64,000 nucleotides of DNA from Octopus sinensis (GCF_006345805.1 NC_043007.1:75392001-75456000), one strand, 5' to 3'. Positions 49,547 through 63,036 are shown, counted from the stretch's first letter. A program made the numbers and translations. The notes: generated by a model not told the origin, from the sequence alone.

Positions 49547-52500
49547 CAGTGGCGTGCGGTGACTTCCGGCATTGGGCATGCAATGAATTTCATTGCCCCC
49601 ACCCCCCACCCCCACCGGCAATTTTTCAGTAAAACATTTTCGTATTCCTACAATTTACATATAAGAGATTCTGAATATGCAGAATAAACAGGGAATAAAA
49701 AATGGCTGTGTAGAGATGAGCCTGAAATAAGTGCATTGTTTGTATTATTCCTTGCTCTTCGAAACGTCAGTACTTTCCCATCCTCATTCTCCCTTAGAAA
49801 AGTCTAAAAATCATAAGTGAAATGTAATAAAGATGAAATTGGATTCTGTCAATATTTTTGCATATTCAGAATCTCTGTTAAAGGTAGGAATCCGAAAAAT
49901 TTTTTTCACAAAAATTCATTTTTCAAAGAGGTGCGATTCTGCATTAGCCCCTATACCTATTGGTTGAGCCGAATGAAATGATTTAATTAAAAGAACACAT
50001 TTAGTTACATTATATGGCCATGGTTTTAGATCGTTACGCGCTCGAAGACAAGTCAGGTGCTTTATCATTCTACTTGTTAATTCCGAGAAAATTATTGACT
50101 GTTCTGAGACTTACTGAACTCCGTACGTTAAAGGACTACGTCTCACGCACACACATTGAAAATACATGCATAGACAGCGATAATTCAACATTGTAAAAAG
50201 TCTCCCAAAACTGTTGTGGCAGAAGTCAACATCTCTGAGATTGAAACAAGACACTTATTTACGGCCGTAAATAGACTACACCTAGCAGCACAGAAAGGGA
50301 AATCTATGTAGGTTAGGTTTGACGAAGAAATCGAAACATTTCTCCTGCGAAACAATACTGATGTAAGAAGGTTGAACCTTTCGTTATAACAAACACTAAG
50401 CAAAACCTGTAATATATGCTCTTTAATATATTAATTTTTTTTAATGTTTTAAAATGTTATTTACCTCATTTATAAATTAATTCAATTCTTCGATCTTTCT
50501 GGGCAAATATATCTATCACATTTTCATAGAAATCTTCTCTTTTCATCAATTCTTGTAATAAATCTTTTTCAATTGACATTAGTGCTAACCCAGGCAGTCT
50601 TCTTTCTCCTGTCGCATTTCTTTGGTATGTTTTAATTCTACTTAATGCAGAAAAGGATCACTCTACAGAAGCAGTGGTAGACGGAATTGTCAAAATCAAC
50701 TTGCACAGATTGAAGAGTTCTGGCATAGCTTCAACAAGATCACTGCTGCACTTAATGTAACTCATTAAATGACTTACACTTGGTTTTTTAAAATCGTTCA
50801 TTGAATACATCACATTGAGCTTACATAAAAAAATCTGCCATAAGTTGTTCTTAAAGAATCTAAAGAGTCCACAGGAAATTGTTTGCAATACTTATCAACT
50901 TTGTTGAAATTCAAAAGTTTCATGAAATTAAACTCTTCTAAAGATGAATATTGTGCTTTTATTTGGTTAACTATTGTACTGATAATTTTGTTATAAAGCA
51001 TTCTATAATGTCGTTGGGGATCAATAGATATATTCTTGGATCTCTGAATTCCGATTCCTGCATCGGCTCCATATTTTTCCCCTAACCTATCATAAAAGAT
51101 TGAAAAATTATCAAGTTTGTTTTCGAGTACAGTTCTAGTTTTATCTATTTGCTCTTTACAATACACTATGTCATGACTTTTACTCTGGAGTATGTGAAAT
51201 AAAACGTCAGTAAAAGAAAAAATGTCACTGAATACTTCTAACAAAATAAGACATCAGGAGCTTTTAAAGTGTGTAAGAATCCAATTGCTGAATTTATGGT
51301 GGTATCATCCCATGCTTCAGGATTTTCAATGATGTGTTCAAAAAGGCTGATTATGAAATTATAATTTTCCTTTGTGGTAATAATAAGACGTGAGGAGTAA
51401 TTCCATCTAGTTGCTGTTGCTTTCGGAAATCTTTTTTTAACAATGTTATCTAATGCATTAGCCCTTTTCGGTGATTTCGTAAAAAAATGTACCGAGTCCT
51501 TTTATTGTAGAAAAAATATCTTGCATTCTTTCATAGCAGAGCATGATTGTGAAAGAACTAAATTTAGGATATGGGCACAACACCGCATAAACATCGTAGT
51601 CCTTCAGGAACCACGACAGTCATGTCCCAATGTAGTTTCCTGCTGCATTGTAGCGTCACATCCCATATGTCTGGTGCAATCAATTTGTTTCCACACATCC
51701 CACTCTCACATGCATTAAAAACATGTTCAGATAAAGCATTTGCAGATCGATGCACTAACATCACTAAAAAAAATCAATCATTCTTCTGTCACAATCTGTA
51801 ACATAACGTAAAACTGTGACAGTTGTGAAGATGCTGAGAAATCAGATGTCTCATATCAAACAAGAATAGATGGTCAATTTCCTTCTGCATCTCATTCAAC
51901 ATAACTTTATGAATTGCTTCGATCAAGTCATTTTGAATTCTGTTCGACAGACCAGTGAAGATAGAAGCTGTATCTAGCTGACTTTCCATTTTCTTGTCAT
52001 ATTTACTGATCAAATAAACGAGTTCTTTATAATTTGCACGATTATTAGAGCTTTCAGATTCAAAATGACCCCGACACGATAATTCCTGGAGGCCTAAAAA
52101 AATAACAACATCGATCAATCGTTGCAGAATGGATCTGTTTCGTCTAACTTTCTCATTATGATGTATGCTTTGATTTTTACGTGCATCTAATTGTAAGTCT
52201 ATGCGAACATTCCCGAATATTTTAAGGTCTATCAAACATTTTATATGCCTTTGAGAACGCTCGTGCTTTAGCATAGCCATATGTAAATTATTTAAATCAT
52301 CATAGCCTTTATCATTCCAAACATTTTTTTCTAAGCCAAAAAGTAAACACGGCCAACAGAATAATTTATTAAGAGCAACACTTCCAGTTAACCATTTCTT
52401 CTTTTCATACGAATTAACCTGAAATTGTCTCGTGAATTTCTTGTAGCTTCGCAAATTAGGTAAATTCGGTGTTGGTCTCCCACCATTTATAATTAATTAT

Positions 52501-52888
52501 TTTCCATCAAAGTCTCTTTTCGAAAAAACTATTTCTCAAAATATCGTTTATAACACACATTTCACTCATTTTGAAAAAGGCTGCTCTTATATAAGGACCC
52601 AGATGGAAGCGCCGGCGTAAATTGTAAGTCAATTTCAACAAAACGGAAAAATACCCTTTGTTAAATTAATTTAAGATTAATTAGCTATTTCTGAAATAAG
52701 AAATATAATATAGATTATATTTTTGTTTACAAAACACTCCAAAAATATAATAGTGCAAACGGATGTTTTGGATCCGTACGAGTCACTGAGGGAGAGGAAG
52801 AGGAGACAAAATATTTCTAAAACAACTGGACGTATTTTCTTTGAAACAAAGAAGGCATGCAGCGCATAGTTGAGAGTGCACGCCCCTG
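49547..52888 (-). mobile_element. hAT-superfamily DNA transposon (ZMYM1-like / DUF4371 transposase), complete ends
   Basis: TIRs cagtggcgtgc (49547) and gcacgcccctg (52888), 11 bp with 1 mismatch; flanking 8-mers atatacat / gtataaac match 5/8. Confidence 0.8.
50466..52569 (-). pseudogene. hAT transposase pseudogene (TTF-type finger, DUF4371, hATC dimerisation domain)
   Basis: KWLTGS...LFCWPCLLF...KHERSQRH; RGHFESESSNNRANYKEL; IQNDLI; LCKLILTIPSTTASVE; ends FAQKDRRIELIYK*; several frameshifts. Confidence 0.88.
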
Positions 52889-52899
52889 GTATAAACCCT

Positions 52900-53783
52900 A
52901 TCCCAGCAAATTACACATCCATATACAAAACAAATACAAGGTCATTATCCGATAAGAAACCGGAGCTACTCATTACTACGACTATGCACCCTCAATCACG
53001 ATATATAATCTATCAAATGTTATGCAATTCACATCTTATCGGTGTGCACATGCTTATTTCCTGCACACACCGACAATAACACTTGTACAAAGACTCACAC
53101 ATATGCACTTCTACACCCAAACACCTACACACAAATACACACATAAGCAACAGACACACACCTACAAACCCAAATCTAATACATACATACAGGCACACAC
53201 ACACTCAAGTACCCAAATACACCCTACAAGAACAGACACACGTACACATCCTCCCACTTACAAATACACTCCATAAGAAAACACGAATACACATCCATAT
53301 GCACACGCACACACACAACACCAACAAATACATACAGGTTTGGAAAACCGCACCAATACATACATACACACACACACACATACACATACATATATACACC
53401 CGCACACACATACACACACACACACACACGCAAATTCACCCACAAAAACATGAATATACGCATAAACGTACGCCGACATACACACAGACAGAATTACAGG
53501 TACACATGCACGCCCACAGCTCAAATTCTACAAAAACCCAATCCAAGCAAATAATTCATCCAAATACCAGAACAAATGTAGAGTTATTTTTAAAAAAGAA
53601 ACTGGAGTTATTCATTATTATATCTATATACCCCTAAAACATATGTGATTTAGCAAATGTTACAAAGTTTATATATCTTGTCGGTGTATACATGCTTATT
53701 TATTATAAACCGACAAGAACCTATATATATATATAGACACATACATACGTACTTATATACCTATATATCACACATAAATATAC

Positions 53784-53827
<44 letters not shown>

Positions 53828-53861
53828 TATATTATATATATATATATTATATATATATATA

Positions 53862-53904
<43 letters not shown>

Positions 53905-53928
53905 ATATATATATGGCACTTTGTTGCC

Positions 53929-53975
<47 letters not shown>
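52900..53975. repeat. CA-rich cryptic low-complexity tract followed by (AT)n
   Basis: Degenerate CA/TA repeats; source of spurious HT- and CV-rich ORFs. Confidence 0.85.
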
Positions 53976-56200
53976 GGCACTTTGTCGCCATCCTGGTAAT
54001 GTGCACTTGGAAAGAGTATCATCACTCATGTCGATACCCAGGTCTCTCACAGACTTAGGCTCTGGGATTGAAATTCCCTGTGGACCGGTGTATCCTCTAA
54101 GTTTAATATTCAGTTTTGGATGCTGGTAGCACAGGGCCTGGAATTTTTCAGCATTAAACTGCATATTATTATCCTCAGCCCATCTGTAGATTGAGTCCAA
54201 CTCCTGCTGCAGGTGTGCAACATCGCTGGGGTTCTGTATTTTCTGTGAGACTTTCGTATCGTCTGCATAGTTTGCCAGAGTGGCTATCCGGGCATTTGAG
54301 GGCATATCTGAGAGGGCCACTATAAAAAGCAGTGGTCCCAAGACAATGCCCTGTGGGACACCGCTCACTATTTGTGTGTTCATAGAGGTGGCTCCATTAA
54401 CCACTACTGCCTGACTCCTATCTTTCAGGAAGTCATGCAACCACACTCCAAGTTTTCCAGCTATGCCGAGGTCACACAGTTTGTGACATATCATACCATG
54501 ATCCACCTTGTCAAAAGCTTTTGCAAAATCAAGGTAGATTACGTCCACATTTGATTTGTTGAGTAACTGCCTCAACACCCAGTCATAATGTTGTAAGAGC
54601 TGGGTCAGGCAGCTCCTACCTGGTCGAAAACCATGCTGGGTATCACTCAGCAAGTTATTTTCCTCAAGGAATGCGATTAGTTTTTTTCTGACTTTGCTGA
54701 TGTGTGAAGTCAGAGAGATAGGCCTATAGTTTTTGGCATCTGCTCTACTTCCCCCTTTATGTATTGGGCATATTATTCCCTCCTTCAGCTTGCTTGGCAG
54801 TTTGCCATTCGCAAGAAAGCTCTGGAAGAGAATCTTGAGGGGTTTTGCCAGGGCATGCTTACTCGCTTTGAGGAGGATAGCTGGGAAACCAACTGGACCA
54901 GCAGTTGAGTTTGTGTCCACTTCATCTATGGCTAGTAGGACATCTTCGCTAATGTCAATACATTCTATTGTAACCGCCTCGCTGGTTATAGGTGAGGCGG
55001 CAAAGAAGTCCACTGGTTCGTTCACTTGTCTGTGTTCCAACGGGGTGGTAAAGACACTTTTGAACTGGTAATTCAGCATCTCACTGATCTTAGTTGGACT
55101 GTCTGTGAGGGAGCCATCCTTTTGGAGGAGGGGTCCTATCTTGTAGTGCACTGAGACTGTTTCTTTCGCGTAATGAAAGAAGGCCTTTGGGTTTGATTTA
55201 ATGTTTTTTATAACCCAGGCTTCTTTGCTTTCTCCCTCACATAGGATTGTTGTAGCCTTTTTTCGATCTCCATCAGTGTTGTTTTTAGGCAGGACGTTTC
55301 GCTAGTTTTGGGATGTTGGTTGAGACGATTTGCAACCTTCGTCCGTCGTCTCATGAGGATCTTCCTATCTCTTGGAATCTTGCTCCTATTTGTTTCGGCC
55401 TTGTGCTCTGGGACATATTTCTGGCATACGGCTTGCACAGAAGACATGAAACATTCTAGTTTTGTGTCAATGTCTGGTGTGGAGAGACATTCCGGCCAGT
55501 CCTCTCTGAGGATCTCTTTTTGGATCGATTTCCAATCTGCTTTGTGGAAGTTCAGATTGGAGAGATTTCGGGTGCTTCCTAGAGGCTGTATGTCTCTGGT
55601 TACTTTTGGCCCAAACATAGACAGCTCTATTATGTTGTGATCTGAAACTAATGTCGGTGTCACTTTCACATCATGAATGATGTCCATATTGTTCGTGAAG
55701 CAGAGATCCAGAATGTTATTCACCCTAGTTGGTTTGAGTACAACTTGCTCCATGAATAAGGCGTTGGTGAGGTTGAGCAGGGACTCCACCTGTACTTGCT
55801 TGCAATGATTCATTCCTGAGAGTATGAGACCTTCGGGCCATTTGACGTTGGGAAAGTTGAAATTACCATAAGAAATATGCTCACGTGGTGTTCCAGATTC
55901 ATGAGTATTTCTTTAATTCTTGTGAGGCAATCTTCAAACTTGCCTATGTGATATGGGGCATCCGGTGGGCAATATGTATTGCATATGACTATATTATGTT
56001 GTCTTATGTATACAATTAAAGTGTCACATACCGAATTTGAGTATGTCATTAAGACCTGGGGTGTGAGGTCATCTCGAATGTATACAGCAACTCCACCATG
56101 GCTCCTTTCCCTTCTGTCTGTTTGCAGTATGGCATAGTTTGGTATGTGTACTTCTGCGTACTCTATATCAGGGCTGAGGTGAGTTTCCACGAGTGCTATG
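53970..56200 (-). mobile_element. CR1/L2-group LINE ORF2 (APE endonuclease + RT), same family as 34930-38440
   Basis: THLSPDI...HGGVAVYIRDDL...NTYCPPD; NILDLCFT, SDHNIIE; ORF 53847..55151 with YLDFAKAFDKVDH, SGVPQG..LGPLLF, YADDTK. Confidence 0.93.
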
Positions 56201-56214
56201 CATAGGGCTTGATT

Positions 56215-56600
56215 GCATATATATATATATATATTATGTATATATATTATATTTATGTGTATATATATATTTATATATATATATGTATTATATATATTTA
56301 TATGTATATTTATTATATATGTGTATATGTGTATATATATGTATTATTTCTTTCAGTCATTTCATTGCAGCCATACTGGAGCACCGCCTTTAATAACAGA
56401 TTTTGTTGGATTTCTGCTGCTTTAATAAAGTATATATATTTATATATATATATGTATATATATATTTATATGTATATTTATATAATATGTATATATATAT
56501 ATACATTTACATATATATATAAATATTACATAATAAGTATATGCATACATACATATATGTACATACCTACATACATATGTATACATACATGCCATATGGG
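56215..56600. repeat. (AT)n-rich microsatellite
   Basis: Direct inspection. Confidence 0.9.
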
Positions 56601-57130
56601 TACAGGACATCAAAGAAACACGACAAAAAGAGAAAGAGAACATAAAAAAATAGAAATGACATTTTTTTGAACAACGAAACACATAAGTATTGAAACGGGA
56701 CAATCATCATAACATTCCTTCATCAGTTGTCCATTGATTTATCTACTACACTCCGCGTTTCAAAGGTAGGGACATGACGCAGCTTCGTTAAAAATGTCCT
56801 TCTTGCAAAACCAATTAAATAAAATTTGGGATTTTTTGCGGAGGGTGAAAGTGGTAACAAAAACAGACAGTGAGAACAAAGTAGTAAAAAAAACGGTGAG
56901 GGCTGTTAAGTCAAGACAGTGTGAAGTGGTGAATGCTGGAAAAACGAGCTTTGAGACGAAACAGGTAAAAGCACATCGTTTTTAGGAAGGATGGAAGAAA
57001 GAAAGAAAGATGGATAACTGTTGGTCTGTGTGACAAAAAGAGATTCAAGAGGAAGAGTGAGAGAGAGAGATACAGGGAATATATATATATATTACATATA
57101 TATATATGTATATAATATATATATATGTGA

Positions 57131-57478
57131 AGGCGCATGGCTCAGTGGTTAGAGAGTCGAGTTTACGATCGTGAGGTTGTGAGTTCGAATCCCGGACTGG
57201 GCTGCGTGAGGTGTTCTTGAGCAAGACACTTTATTTTACATTGCTCCAGTTCACTCAGCAGTAGAAATGAGTTGCGACGTCACTGGTGCCAAGCTGTATC
57301 GGCTCCTTTGCTTTTCCCTTGGATAACACTGGTGGCGTGGAGAGGGAAGGCCAGTATGCATGGGCGACTGATGGTCTTCCATAAACAACCTTGTCCAGAC
57401 TTGTGCCTCAGACTTGTGCTTGGGAGGGCAACTTTCTAGCTGCAATTCCATGGTCAGTCATGCCCGAAGGAGGTCTCA
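57131..57478 (+). mobile_element. SINE family C
   Basis: ggcgcatggctcagtggttagag...gttcgaatccc tRNA-like head. Confidence 0.88.
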
Positions 57479-57573
57479 CAAGAATATATATATATATATA
57501 TATTCTGGTTGGAATAATATATAGATATGTATATCACAAAGGGGTACCGCACGAGTGGAATTATATCCGAAAA

Positions 57574-57753
57574 GTTTGAAAATGCAATTTAAAGATGTTA
57601 TTACTTTACCAGTTTCACACTTTGGAAAAAAAAGAGCATTTTGTAAAACCAATAATTAACGCAACCAAACTTCTACAGTACTTTTGACATCTTTTTTTCC
57701 AAAGAGTGAAACCGGTAAAGTAAATAAACATCTTTTAAAATTGCTTTTCAAAC
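57574..57753. repeat. Fold-back / MITE-like inverted repeat (~60-bp arms)
   Basis: gtttgaaaatgcaatttaaagatgttattactttaccagtttcacactttggaaaaaaaag pairs with ctttttttccaaagagtgaaaccggtaaagtaaataaacatcttttaaaattgcttttcaaac. Confidence 0.75.
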
Positions 57754-57851
57754 CTTCTTTCATATATATCTGTATATATATATATTCTTGTTGAGACCTC
57801 CTTCGGTCATGACTCTCTCTAGCACAACACTTTCCTATTTGGAAGCCTCTT

Positions 57852-58020
<169 letters not shown>

Positions 58021-58359
58021 GTTGTGTGTGTGTTTCTCCCCCACCATCACTTTACAACCGATGTTGGTATCTTTACATCCCTGTGACTTAGCGGTTAGGC
58101 AAAAGTTACTGAAAGAATAAGTACTAGGCTTACAAAGAATAAGCTCTGGAATCAATTTGCTTGACTAAAGGTGGTTCTCCAGCATAGCCACAGTCAAATG
58201 ACTGAAATAAGTAAAAGCGATACAAGTATAATATAAATACAATTTATGTATATGTATAATATATATATATATATTAAATATACACATATATAATATATAT
58301 ACAGGATATATATATATTATATATTTATATACATTATATACAATAAAGAAAGACGATGT

Positions 58360-60035
58360 AATAAAGACTATAGATGAAATGAAAACAAACTCAGCTACTG
58401 GCCCCGATGGATTCCCGGCAATCCTTCTAAAAGTATGTAAGAGAGTCCTAGCAAGACCACTGCAGTTCCTCTTTCAGAGCTTCCTTGCAACTGGCAAACA
58501 TCCAAGAAAACTGAAGGAGGTAAAATATGCCCTATTCATAAAGGAGGTAACAGAGCAGAGGCCAAGAACTACAGACCTATCTCTCTGACCTCACACATCA
58601 GCAAGGTCTTGGAACGAATAGTCAGAAGGAAACTAATCACCTTCCTTGAAGAAAGTGACTTCCTGCCTGACACCCAACATGGTTTCCGACCAGGAAGAAG
58701 CTGCCTAACTTAGCTCCTACAACACTATGACTGGGTGCTGAAATGACTGCTCAACCACTCAAATGTGGAAGTGATATATCTCGACTTTGCAAAGGCCTTT
58801 GATAAAGTCGATCATGGAATGATATGTCACAAACTGTGTGATCTTGGCATAGTTGGAAAATTGGGAGAATGGCTTCATGACTTTCTGAAGGATAGAAGTC
58901 AGGTGGTAGTAGCACCATTAACACGCAAATAGTGAGCGGTGTTCCGCAGGGCACTGTTTTGGGACCACTACTGTTCATAATGGCCCTCTCAGACATGCCC
59001 TCAGCCACGCAGAGAGCCACGATCACAAGTTTTGCAGATGATACAAAAGTTTCACGTGCAATACAGAACCCTGAAGACACTAAGCACCTGCAATGTGAGC
59101 TGGACAAAATATACAAGTGGGCTGAAAAGAATAGCATGCAATTCAATGCTGAAAAGTTTCAAGCTTTATGCTATCAGTATGCAAAGCTAAATGCAATACC
59201 CAATGAATACACTGGACCCGGAGGGATTGCAATCCCAGAGGTACAATCAGTGCGTGACCTGGGTATTTACATGAGTGATGACGCAACCTATCATGTACAT
59301 GTTGCTAAATTGGCAATGACATGTAGACGGCTGGCCAGATGGATTCTTAGAACCTTTAGAACAAGAGAACAAGAAACCATGATGGTCCTCTGGAAGACAC
59401 TTGTCCTAAGCTACTTTGACTATTGCTCTCAGCTATGGTCACCATCCAGTGTCAAGTTGATCACAGAACTTGAGGCGATCCAACGAAGCTACTCGAAGAA
59501 GATAGCCTCTGTGCAGCATATAATCTACTGGGAAAGACTCAAGAGATTAAAACTCTATTCCTTGGAGCGTAGGTGAGAAAGATATGCCATAATATACATC
59601 TGGAAGATCCTGGAGGGAAGTGTCCCAAACTTTGGCATCGAGAGTTACACAAATGCCAGAACTTGGGCGCCACTGCGTGGTGCCAAGGACTCCAAATTTG
59701 CCATCAAGATGTAGGACAAGATACTGTGATAGCCTGGGCTTCAGAGGCCCACAGCTCTTCAATGTCCTCCCGAAGAACCTGAGGGACCTGCATGGGGTGG
59801 ATGCGGATGTCTTTAAAGTAGGACTGGATCTCTTCCTGTCAGGTGTCCCGGATGAACCAACTTCACAGCAGGAGGTGCAGATGAGGGCAGCTGCATCGAA
59901 CTCTCTCATGCACCAAATGGCAGTTGCTAAAGAGCATTCGTGAAGTAAATCATGTAGCAACACAAAATGGCGGTGCCCCAGCATGGCCACAGCTCGTGAT
60001 CTGAAACTAGATAAAATAAAATTAAAAAAAATATA
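58360..60035 (+). mobile_element. CR1/L2-group LINE, 5'-truncated (RT to 3' end), same family as 53970-56200
   Basis: ORF 58932..59576 SGVPQGTVLGPLLF...FADDTK...DYCSQLWSP; A-rich 3' end. Confidence 0.93.
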
Positions 60036-60295
60036 TATATATTGGGAAGCCAGGAGGCTGCACCAGTCCCCAGTCTGACCTGGCAGTGTTTCTACAGCTG
60101 GATTCCCTTCCGGAGTGGTTGGTGTTTGGAAGGGGATCCAGCAGTAGAAACACTGCCAGATCAGACTGCAGCCTCCTGGCTTCCCAGACCCCAGTCAATT
60201 CATCCAACCCATGCTAGCATGGAAAACGGATGTTAAACAATGATGATGATAATGATGATATATATATATATATATATATATATGATATATATATA

Positions 60296-60360
60296 CTAGC
60301 TGAAGGTGACCCGCTCTACGCGCGGGTAAGAATGTGGTTGTTACTTTCTGTTGCTTCCTT
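60296..60360 (-). mobile_element. Isolated Helitron-like 3' terminus
   Basis: acccgc-tctacgc-gcgggt hairpin about 10 nt from CTAG|t on the minus strand. Confidence 0.5.
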
Positions 60361-60672
60361 TCAGCACGTAAAAAGCACCATCCGAACGTGGCCGATTGCA
60401 GCGCCGCCTTGACTTGCTTCTGTGCCGGTGGCACGTAAAAAGCACCAACCGATCATTGCCGCTGCGAGCCCCCCTGGCACCTGTGCCGGTTGCACGAAAA
60501 AAGCACCCACTACACTCACAGAGTGGTTGGCGTTAGGAAGGTCATCCACCTGTAGAAACACTGCCAGATCAGACAGGAGCCTGGTGCAGCCTCCTGGCTT
60601 CCCAGACCCCGGTCACACTGTCCAACCCGTGCTAGCACGGAAAACGGACGTTAAACGATGATGATGATGATG
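60360..60672 (+). mobile_element. RTE-LINE 3'UTR fragment (another at 60040-60250)
   Basis: Minisatellite units and (gat)n tail. Confidence 0.82.
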
Positions 60673-61458
60673 ATTCTCCGTCTTTGTTTCTCTCTCCTTT
60701 CTCTCTCACTTTCCCACTCTCTTACTTTTCTTTTCTCTCGGACTCTCCCTCACTTTCTCTTACTCTCTATCTTTATCTATCTCTCTCCCATTTATAAACA
60801 ACAGAAGATCTTGAGTAAGTTGAGAAATAAAATATTTAGAAAGATCAATCATAAATATCAGGCAGTGGCAACGGAAATGTCTGCTTCAAGGCAGACAGCA
60901 AAACGCTAACATTTAAAAGGGACAGATGAACTTGCGAGCTGAATAAAAATAATAAAATATTGGAAACCAAAGTTTGAAGGGATAGAATCTGAGGATAGTA
61001 GAGTCACCATGACTGGCATTTCTTAACGACGGACAACAACGTATTGACAGTTAACGGCTGGGGTAAAATTTGAACTTGATGTAAAGAAAATTCGTAAACA
61101 CCAAGTTTTGAAGTGATTCTTTCTCACGACAGTAGACTCACCATGGCAAGCATTCAAAACTTCTTCATCATGGATGGCAACACATTGACGATTAAAAGGC
61201 TGACAACAATTTTTTAGCTTGATGTAACAGAGAATTCCTAAACACCCGCTCCTTGAAATTTTAATCCCCTTCCAGCCCCATTTAGACCCCTTTTCACATT
61301 CTGGTTAATATAACCCGATTTCATTCGGGTCTACTGGGGCCACATTTTATAAGATGAGGAAAAAAATAGTTGTTGTGCAAACTTGCCAGCACTTTTAACA
61401 TAGGTGTGCATATTTTCAGCTGAATCGACCGAGTACGTAATGCACAATTATATATATA

Positions 61459-61511
<53 letters not shown>

Positions 61512-61516
<5 letters not shown>

Positions 61517-63004
61517 TATTATAAAAGGCAGATTTTATCTGCCTCCCTTTGGGAGTTATACAAATCTACAATATAGGATTTCTTCAATTACAATTTACCT
61601 AGCAGTTTTAAGAGTACAATGCATCGCGTCATGCCAGGTCCAGTTTTTAAAATTTAAACTCCAATTAAGCAAAATTTACAGAAAACTCACATTCTGGTGT
61701 GTGTGTCAAATGCTTTTCTTAGTCTGGTTTACACACCGCAAACGCACACACACAGTGGGCAAGGAATAAAATGAAAGTAATTCACTTACTGTAGTGAGTG
61801 ATTCTTTCACTCTGCTTCCCACTTCCTCTTTACACACATTGAAAAAACTTTTATTTTTTTACATAAGTAATGAGAGCGAAAGAGACTAAGAGAAAGCGAT
61901 TGTATGACGAGGGAAGTTCCTTTCAAGTTACCGTGCATGGGACTCATTGATGTATATGTGTGTGTGTGTGTTTGATGGAGTGTGGGAGACAGACAGTATG
62001 TTGTGTAAGTGAAGTGCTTCTGTTAGTGTGTGTGAAGAGACAGAGAGAGTAATGTGTGAAAGAGAGAGATAACTGAAATTTTTTACTCGGTTTATGTGTA
62101 TATGTATGTATGCATGTATGTGTGTGTGTGTGTGTGTATGTATGTGTGTGTATATGTATGTATTTATATATAAAAGAAAGGTTGTGTGTCTGTCTACTCC
62201 GATTTAGATTCCTAACTACTCCCACATTTGCGATGCAGTTAACCAAAACCGGGTATCTTATAGTCGTGATTCATATCGAGCCCTTCTGGGTATTAGCGCG
62301 CGTCTACGATGAGTCTATGATTTTACAAATAATTTACCATCATTTTTTTTCCATTTTAATGCATATTTTTTAAAATAAACGGAAGTAACTCTCAAACTTC
62401 ACACCAATATGCGTGCTCATATGCGACGTAATATCACATCACCAGCATTTCCTCACACTCTCCTTGCACTTGGCGAAGGCAAAATACCAGGGGATGAAAA
62501 TGTTAATATTGCCATCGATTCCATTTGTACCATTGTTAAGACGCCTTCTGATCTCAGAGATGCAGTGTTCCCAGATTTACAAGCTAATTATCAGAATATG
62601 GATTGGATTGGCAAAAAGGCTATACTGGCCCCGAGGAATAAAACTGTTCACCATATTAATGATGAAATGCTAAAACTCATTCCTGGGGAAGTCGATGTAT
62701 ATCAGTCTATCGATACAACTCCTGACCCAGAGGACGTCATCAACTATCCAATAGAGGTACTCAATTCCTTTGAGCACCCCGGACTACCACCACACTTTCT
62801 CAAACTTAAAGTTAGTGCCCCTATAATGCTCATCAGAAATTTGGTTCCCCAAAACAATGCAATGGCACACGTTTGGCGTTAAGTCCTTATCTCCCACCGT
62901 AAGCTTATTTCAATATTTGCCTGAATAATCATCATAATTCAGTGCAATCATTAACAGTACTTTCAAGCAATTCAGCCCCGAGCAACGCCGGGCAATTCTG
63001 CTAG
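61512..63004 (+). mobile_element. Composite non-autonomous Helitron with helicase relic
   Basis: a|TC 5' end at 61512, second 5' module at about 62161, 3' hairpin gccccgagcaacgccgggc and CTAG|t at 63001-63004. Confidence 0.82.
62392..62885 (+). pseudogene. Helitron RepHel PIF1-helicase fragment
   Basis: TNMR...LLALGEG...KAILAPRNKTVHHIN...IPGE...YQSID...YPIEVLNS...GLPPHFLKLKVSAPIMLIRNL; frameshifts where CNGTRL is expected. Confidence 0.92.

Positions 63005-63036
<32 letters not shown>

Noticed and set aside
1928-57478. tRNA-like heads with A/B boxes
   Set aside because: Each continues into a SINE body found in several copies; no complete cloverleaf, so these are not tRNA genes.
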